Source of the DNA: Dehalococcoidia bacterium
GTDB taxonomy: Bacteria; Chloroflexota; Dehalococcoidia; UBA2979
NCBI GenBank assembly: GCA_963667465.2
Contig: CAXXDN010000001.1
Coordinates: 448,001-512,000 of the forward strand
Reading direction: 5' to 3'
Length of the DNA stretch: 64,000 bases
The translations under genes were made by a program, and so were the position numbers. A model generated the notes under the pieces. The model was not told the origin of the DNA. It worked only from the letters and a program-made list of their open reading frames with translations, and made no database searches. Position 1 is the first letter of the stretch. The number at the start of each line of letters is the position of its first letter. Positions 58,674-64,000 of the stretch are shown in pieces.

Positions 58674-59245
58674 TGGTCCAGCAGCAGGGCGGACGCGGAG
58701 GGCGCGGCGGACGTGGTCAGCGCGGCGAGCGCGGCCGGCGTGACCGCCGCCGCGACGCCGATCCCGAGGGCCCCGACTACATCGAGAAGGTCGTGCACAT
58801 CAACCGCGTCGCGAAGGTCGTGAAGGGCGGGCGGCGCTTCTCCTTCACCGCCATCGTCGTCGTCGGCGACGGCGAGGGTCGCGTCGGCTTCGGCATGGGC
58901 CGCGCCAACGAAGTGCCCGAGGCGATCCGCAAGGGCGGGGTGATCGCGCGCCGCTCGATGACCTCGATCGCGCTCAGCCAGGGCACGATCGCCCACGAAA
59001 CGATTGCCCGCTTCAAGGCCTCGAAGGTCGTGATGCGGCCCGCCGCGCCCGGCACCGGCATCATCGCCGGCGGCGGCGTGCGCGCCGTCCTCGAGGCGGC
59101 CGGCGTGACCGATGTGCTGACGAAGTCGCTCGGCTCCAACAACCCCGTCAACCTCGTGCGCGCGACCGTCGACGGGCTGGTCGCGCTGCGGCACCCGGGC
59201 GCCGTCGTCTCGGCGCGGCGGGCGCTGGTGGAGGCGGGTTCGTGA
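58673..59245 (+). CDS. rpsE: 30S ribosomal protein uS5
   Basis: [28 protein letters not shown]. Confidence 0.98.
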   Translation: MVQQQGGRGGRGGRGQRGERGRRDRRRDADPEGPDYIEKVVHINRVAKVVKGGRRFSFTAIVVVGDGEGRVGFGMGRANEVPEAIRKGGVIARRSMTSIALSQGTIAHETIARFKASKVVMRPAAPGTGIIAGGGVRAVLEAAGVTDVLTKSLGSNNPVNLVRATVDGLVALRHPGAVVSARRALVEAGS

Positions 59246-59424
59246 GCAAGCTGCGCATCACCTGGACGAAGTCGGCGATCGGCTACGCGGAGCGCCAGAA
59301 GGCGACGATCCGCGCGCTCGGGCTGAAGCGCATCCGCCACAGCGTCGAGCATGACGACACGCCGGCGATCCGCGGCATGGCGCACAAGGTCCGGCACCTC
59401 GTGATGGTCGAGGAGGTCGAGTAG
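59242..59424 (+). CDS. rpmD: 50S ribosomal protein uL30
   Basis: [25 protein letters not shown]. Confidence 0.96.
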   Translation: MSKLRITWTKSAIGYAERQKATIRALGLKRIRHSVEHDDTPAIRGMAHKVRHLVMVEEVE

Positions 59425-59925
59425 GTGGAACAGCACCAGCTGCAGCCGCCGAAGGGCGCGAAGCGATCGCGCATCCGGCGCGGGCGCGGCAACGCGTCCG
59501 GCAAGGGCACGTACTCCGGGCGCGGGCTGAAGGGCCAGAAGTCACGCTCCGGCGGCAAGGTCCGCCCCGGCTTCGAGGGCGGCCAGATCCCGCTGATCCG
59601 CCGCCTCGCCCGCAAGCCCGGCTTCCGCAACCCCTCGCGCGTCGAGTTCCAGGCCGTGAACCTGCGCGACATCGCCGCCCGCTTCGAGGCAGGCGCCGAG
59701 GTCGACGCCGAGGCGCTCGCCGCCGCGCGACTGATCGACGGCCCCGACGAGCCCTTCAAGGTGCTCGCGGATGGCGAACTCGGCCACGCGCTAACCGTGC
59801 GCGCACCGCGCCTCTCGGCCGCCGCCAAGGAGGCGATCAGCGCCGCCGGCGGCAGCTTCGAGGAGCTGGCCCCGGCCGTGAAGCGCATCCGCAACCGCAT
59901 CCACCGCCGCAGGGAGAGCAGCTAG
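59425..59925 (+). CDS. rplO: 50S ribosomal protein uL15
   Basis: RGRGNASGKG, KGQKSRSG, GFEGGQ. Confidence 0.97.
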   Translation: MEQHQLQPPKGAKRSRIRRGRGNASGKGTYSGRGLKGQKSRSGGKVRPGFEGGQIPLIRRLARKPGFRNPSRVEFQAVNLRDIAARFEAGAEVDAEALAAARLIDGPDEPFKVLADGELGHALTVRAPRLSAAAKEAISAAGGSFEELAPAVKRIRNRIHRRRESS

Positions 59926-61263
59926 GTGGCTCAGCAGGAAGCGCCGTCGGCCCGTCCGCGGCTGCTTCAGGCCGCCGTCGATGCCTTCCGGCAGCCCGAC
60001 GTCCGGCAGAAGATCCTCTTCACGCTCGCGATGCTGCTCGTCTTCCGCTTCGTTGCGCACGTTCCCGTGCCCGGCGTCAACTCCGACCGGCTGCAGGACG
60101 TGTTCGACAACAACGCGATCCTTGGCTTCCTCAACATCTTTTCGGGCGGCGCGCTGGAGAACCTCTCCGTAGCCGCGCTCGGCGTCTACCCCTACATCAC
60201 CGCCTCGATCGTGATGCAGCTCGCGGTGCCGCTGATGCCGCGCCTGCAGGCGCTCTCCCGCGAGGGCGAGTCCGGGCGCCAGAAGATCCAGGTCTACACG
60301 CACTGGCTGACGGTCCCGCTCGCCTTCTTCCAGGGCTACGCGCAGCTGCTGCTGATCCAGCAGTTCGGCGGCATCGAGGACATCGGCCTGACCGGCGGCA
60401 ACGCGCTCCCCACGGTCGCCACCATCGTCTCGATGGTGGCGGGCACGATGTTCCTCGTCTGGCTCGGCGAGCTGATCTCCGAGGAAGGCATCGGCAACGG
60501 GATCTCGCTGATCATCTTCGGCGGCATCGTGGCCGGGCTGCCGGGGATCATCGGCCGCAGCACGCTCTCGGGCACGGCCGCGCTGACGGGTGGCATCTTC
60601 CTGCTGGTCGTGATCACGATCGCCGTGATCGCGATGATCGTGCTGTTCCAGGAGGCGCAGCGCCGCATCCCCGTGCAGTACGCGCGCTCCACCATCCGCG
60701 GGGGGCGGATGTACCGTCAGCAGGGCCAGACGCACATCCCCTTACGCGTGAACAGCGCCGGGATGATCCCGCTGATCTTCGCCTTCTCGATCATGATCTT
60801 CCCGCCCGTGGCCGCGCAGTTCCTCGCGGAGACCTCGGACGTGGGCTGGATCACCAGCGTCGCGCGCTTCTTCGAGAACGCGCTGACGCCGGAGAACTTC
60901 CCGTACTGGGCCCTCGTCTTCGTGCTGGTGATGCTGTTTACGTTCTTCTACACGATGGTGCAGTTCCAGCAGCAGAACCTGGCCGAGAACCTGCAGCGCC
61001 AGGGTGGCTTCATCCCCGGCATCCGGCCGGGACGGCCGACGCAGGAGTACATCACGCGGGTCCTGGTGCGGATCACCTGGGGAGGCGCGATCTTCCTCGG
61101 CTTCATCTCCGTGCTGCCCTTCTTCGCCACCGATCTGACTGGCGTGCAGGCGTTGCAGATCAGCGCCGCCGGGCTGCTGATCGTCGTCGGCGTCGTGATC
61201 GATACGATGCGCCAGCTGGAGGCGCAGATGCTGATGCGCAACTACGAGGGGTTCATCGGATGA
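59926..61263 (+). CDS. secY: Preprotein translocase subunit SecY
   Basis: ALGVYPYITASI, GIGNGISL, AGMIPLIFA, FIPGIRPG. Confidence 0.98.
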   Translation: MAQQEAPSARPRLLQAAVDAFRQPDVRQKILFTLAMLLVFRFVAHVPVPGVNSDRLQDVFDNNAILGFLNIFSGGALENLSVAALGVYPYITASIVMQLAVPLMPRLQALSREGESGRQKIQVYTHWLTVPLAFFQGYAQLLLIQQFGGIEDIGLTGGNALPTVATIVSMVAGTMFLVWLGELISEEGIGNGISLIIFGGIVAGLPGIIGRSTLSGTAALTGGIFLLVVITIAVIAMIVLFQEAQRRIPVQYARSTIRGGRMYRQQGQTHIPLRVNSAGMIPLIFAFSIMIFPPVAAQFLAETSDVGWITSVARFFENALTPENFPYWALVFVLVMLFTFFYTMVQFQQQNLAENLQRQGGFIPGIRPGRPTQEYITRVLVRITWGGAIFLGFISVLPFFATDLTGVQALQISAAGLLIVVGVVIDTMRQLEAQMLMRNYEGFIG

Positions 61264-61303
61264 GGCACGCGAACCCGGGGGAGACGAGGCAGGTGGCGCT
61301 GCG

Positions 61304-61876
61304 ATGAAGATGGTGCTGCTGGGACTGATCGGCGCCGGCAAGGGCACGCAGGCGAAGCTGGTTGCGGAGCGCCGCGGCCTGCTCCACATCTCGACCGGCG
61401 ACATGCTGCGCGAGGCCGTCGCCCAGGGCACGGTGCTTGGCACGCAGGCCAACGACTACATGTCGCGCGGTGAGCTGGTCCCGGACGAGCTGGTGATCGG
61501 CATGCTGCTGGAGCGAATCAGCCAGCCCGACGCTTCAGGTGGCTTCATCCTCGATGGCTTCCCGCGCACCGTCGCGCAGGCGGAGGCGCTGCAGACCGCC
61601 CTCGAGGCGGAGTCGCAGGGCATCGACATCGTGCCGTTCATCCGCGTGCCGGAGGAGCTGCTGCTGGAGCGCATCGCGAAGCGCGCGGAGATCGAAGGAC
61701 GCGTCGACGACGCACCGGAGGTCGCACAGCGCCGCCTGCGTGAGCAGGCGGAGGGCCTCGAGGGCGTCGCCGCCTTCTACGGCGCGCACGGCGCGCTCTG
61801 CGACGTCGACGGCGTCGGGAGTGTGGACGAGGTGTTCGAGCGGCTGGATGCGGAGTTGGAGCGGGTATCCGCGTGA
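61304..61876 (+). CDS. adk: Adenylate kinase (short, LID-less type)
   Basis: GAGKGTQ, HISTGDMLR, LDGFPRT, GR.DD. Confidence 0.95.
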   Translation: MKMVLLGLIGAGKGTQAKLVAERRGLLHISTGDMLREAVAQGTVLGTQANDYMSRGELVPDELVIGMLLERISQPDASGGFILDGFPRTVAQAEALQTALEAESQGIDIVPFIRVPEELLLERIAKRAEIEGRVDDAPEVAQRRLREQAEGLEGVAAFYGAHGALCDVDGVGSVDEVFERLDAELERVSA

Positions 61877-61932
61877 TGGAGCGCCAGACCCGGCAGGTAC
61901 CGGGCCCGGCGGAGAGGGCGTAACATAGATCG

Positions 61933-62754
61933 ATGTCCGTCGTCATCAAGTCGCCGGACGAGATCGCGATCATGCGCGAAGCCGGAAGGCTGAACGCGGA
62001 GGTGCGCAGGCTCCTCCTCGACGCGATCGCTCCGGGCGTAACGGGCCGTGAGCTGGACGAGCTGGCGAAGGCGGAGATCGCGCGACGAGGCGCGGCGCCC
62101 ACCTTCGTCGGCTACGCGCCGGGCGGGCGGCCTCCCTACCCCGGCGCGATCTGCTACTCGGTGAACGCGCAGCTGGTGCACGGCCTGCCGGGCGACCAGC
62201 CGCTGCAGGAGGGCGATATCGTCAGCATCGATCTCGGAGTGACCTGGCGCGGTTACGTCTCCGATGCGGCCTTCACGGCCGCCGTCGGCGAGGCGTCGCC
62301 GAAGGTGCGCCGTTTGCTGGAACGCACCGAGGCCGCGTTGCATGCGGGTATCGAGCAGGCGCTGGCGGCCAACCGCATCGGCGACATCTCGAGCGCGATC
62401 GGCGCTGTCGGCCACGAGGAGGGCTACGGCATCATTCGCGAGTACGGAGGGCACGGCGTCGGCAGGCAGATGCACGAGGAGCCGCACATCCCGAACTACG
62501 GCCGGCCCGGCGTGGGCCACCAGCTGAAGCCGGGCATGGTGCTGGCCCTGGAGCCGATGTTCAGCCTCGGGGCTGAGGACACGGAGGAAGAAGCGGACCG
62601 CTGGACCGTGCGCATGCGCGATGGCAGCCTGTGCGCCCATTTCGAGGAGACGATCGCGGTCACCGAGGGTGCACCGGAGATCCTCACCAGCATGGGCAGC
62701 CTGGACCACGAGCGCGAGGGCGCAGCCGCGGCCACGACAGGGGACGCCGCCTGA
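61933..62754 (+). CDS. map: Methionine aminopeptidase type I
   Basis: SVN..VHG.P, GDIVSID, GHGVG..MHEEP, EPM, AHFE. Confidence 0.97.
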   Translation: MSVVIKSPDEIAIMREAGRLNAEVRRLLLDAIAPGVTGRELDELAKAEIARRGAAPTFVGYAPGGRPPYPGAICYSVNAQLVHGLPGDQPLQEGDIVSIDLGVTWRGYVSDAAFTAAVGEASPKVRRLLERTEAALHAGIEQALAANRIGDISSAIGAVGHEEGYGIIREYGGHGVGRQMHEEPHIPNYGRPGVGHQLKPGMVLALEPMFSLGAEDTEEEADRWTVRMRDGSLCAHFEETIAVTEGAPEILTSMGSLDHEREGAAAATTGDAA

Positions 62755-63020
62755 TGGCGAAGGGACGCCAGAAGCAGCGGACGCAACGCCAGGCGCAGCA
62801 GCGCAAGAAGAAGGAGGTCATTGAGGTCGAGGGCGTCGTGAAGGACGCGCTCCCCAACGCCCAGTTCGATGTCGAGCTGGCGAACGGGCACCACGTGTTG
62901 GCGCACGTCTCCGGGCGGATGAAGATGCACTACATCCGCATCCTGCTCGGGGACCGCGTGCTCGTGGAGTTGAGCCCCTACGACCTCACCCGGGGACGGA
63001 TCACGTACCGCTTCCGCTAG
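62754..63020 (+). CDS. infA: Translation initiation factor IF-1 with N-terminal extension
   Basis: [28 protein letters not shown]. Confidence 0.96.
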   Translation: MAKGRQKQRTQRQAQQRKKKEVIEVEGVVKDALPNAQFDVELANGHHVLAHVSGRMKMHYIRILLGDRVLVELSPYDLTRGRITYRFR

Positions 63021-63048
63021 CGCGGAGCGGCGTCCCAAGGAGCGAACG

Positions 63049-63162
63049 ATGAAGGTACGAGCGTCGATCAAGAAGCGCTGTGACCGCTGCCAGATCATCC
63101 GCAGGCACGGTCGCCTGCGGGTCATCTGCGTGAACCCGCGGCACCGGCAACGGCAGGGCTAG
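63049..63162 (+). CDS. rpmJ: 50S ribosomal protein bL36
   Basis: [37 protein letters not shown]; translated by hand. Confidence 0.97.
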   Translation: MKVRASIKKRCDRCQIIRRHGRLRVICVNPRHRQRQG

Positions 63163-63172
63163 GAGGCCGCGA

Positions 63173-63553
63173 ATGGCGCGCGTCGCAGGCGTCGAGATTC
63201 CCAACGACAAACGGTTCGAGTTCTCGCTGCCCTACGTCTACGGCATCGGGCGCTCCCGCACCCGCCAGATCGCCGAGCAGATCGGCGTGCCGCTGGACAT
63301 GATGGTGCGCGATCTGACGGAGGAGCAGCTCGTCCGCCTGCGCGCCGTCGTCGAGGGCGAGTACACGGTGGAGGGCGACCTCCGCCGCGAGGTGCGCCAG
63401 AACATCCAGCGACTGATCGAGATCAACTGCTACCGCGGCTATCGTCATCGCCGCGGCCTGCCCGTGCGCGGGCAGCGCACCAAGACCAACGCACGCACGC
63501 GCCGCGGCTCCCGGCGGACCGTCGCCGGCAAGCGCCGCGTCGCGCGGAAGTAA
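63173..63553 (+). CDS. rpsM: 30S ribosomal protein uS13
   Basis: [28 protein letters not shown]. Confidence 0.98.
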   Translation: MARVAGVEIPNDKRFEFSLPYVYGIGRSRTRQIAEQIGVPLDMMVRDLTEEQLVRLRAVVEGEYTVEGDLRREVRQNIQRLIEINCYRGYRHRRGLPVRGQRTKTNARTRRGSRRTVAGKRRVARK

Positions 63554-63568
63554 GGGAGCGTCGCGAAT

Positions 63569-63952
63569 ATGGGTGGTCGACGCGGCCGGCGTCGCGAGCG
63601 CAAGTCCGTCCCTCGGGGGCGGGCCTACATTCGCTCGACGTTCAACAACACGCTGATCACGATGACCGATCCGAACGGGAACGTGATCGCCTGGGGCTCC
63701 GGCGGCACCGCCGGCTTCCGCGGCTCGCGCAAGAGCACGCCCTACGCGGCGCAACTCGCCGCCGAGGACGCCGCCGCCAAGGCGGTAGAGCACGGCATGC
63801 GCGAGGTGGACGTCTACGTTCGCGGGCCCGGAGCGGGCCGCGAGGCTGCCGTCCGCGCGCTGCAAGCCAGCGGCGTGCGCGTCTCTTCGATTCGCGACGT
63901 AACCCCGATCCCGCACAACGGCTGCCGCGCCCGGCGGCGGCCGCGGAACTAG
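63569..63952 (+). CDS. rpsK: 30S ribosomal protein uS11
   Basis: [26 protein letters not shown]. Confidence 0.98.
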   Translation: MGGRRGRRRERKSVPRGRAYIRSTFNNTLITMTDPNGNVIAWGSGGTAGFRGSRKSTPYAAQLAAEDAAAKAVEHGMREVDVYVRGPGAGREAAVRALQASGVRVSSIRDVTPIPHNGCRARRRPRN

Positions 63953-63971
63953 CGGCGAGGAGAGCGAGCAG

Positions 63972-64000
63972 ATGGCCCGTTACACCGGACCTCGCGTGAA
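63972..64000 (+). CDS. rpsD: 30S ribosomal protein uS4, 5' fragment
   Basis: MARYTGPRV after GAGGAG, in the expected position after rpsK. Confidence 0.85.

Noticed and set aside
1-64000. tRNA or rRNA genes
   Set aside because: No cloverleaf or rRNA signatures were seen in the intergenic regions

Overview
High-GC bacterial chromosomal window, mostly housekeeping. It is probably Chloroflexota/Dehalococcoidia-like, inferred from the rplI-dnaB-DnaD-tandem DnaC arrangement, the S12 insert and the type-Z S14; this was not verified by search. In order: a CysO/CysM/rhodanese/Mec sulfur-relay operon with folP-folK; purF (frameshifted)-purM-purH; a complete IS110 element inserted in a 54-bp tandem repeat; a split cytochrome b6-type Rieske/cyt b/diheme cyt c operon preceded by a 35-aa membrane micro-ORF; two unannotated GKRY micro-proteins; a DUF433/PIN toxin-antitoxin pair; rpsU-yqeY-7TM-HD; purQ-(2x DUF4389)-purL; rplI-dnaB-dnaD-dnaC; a moaD-moaE fusion; comF, pfkB, glyA; rpsF-ssb-rpsR; hom, thrC, folE, mshA/mshB-like genes; and the str-S10-spc-alpha ribosomal superoperon up to the start of rpsD. 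The strongest signal is the IS110 non-coding end, which contains four short segments matching its own ends and its target repeat (a readable bridge RNA). The best candidates for something undescribed are the GKRY/PSAD micro-protein pair, the small membrane ORF heading the b6-type complex, and the widespread charged tails on ribosomal proteins. All family assignments come from motif recognition, not database searches.
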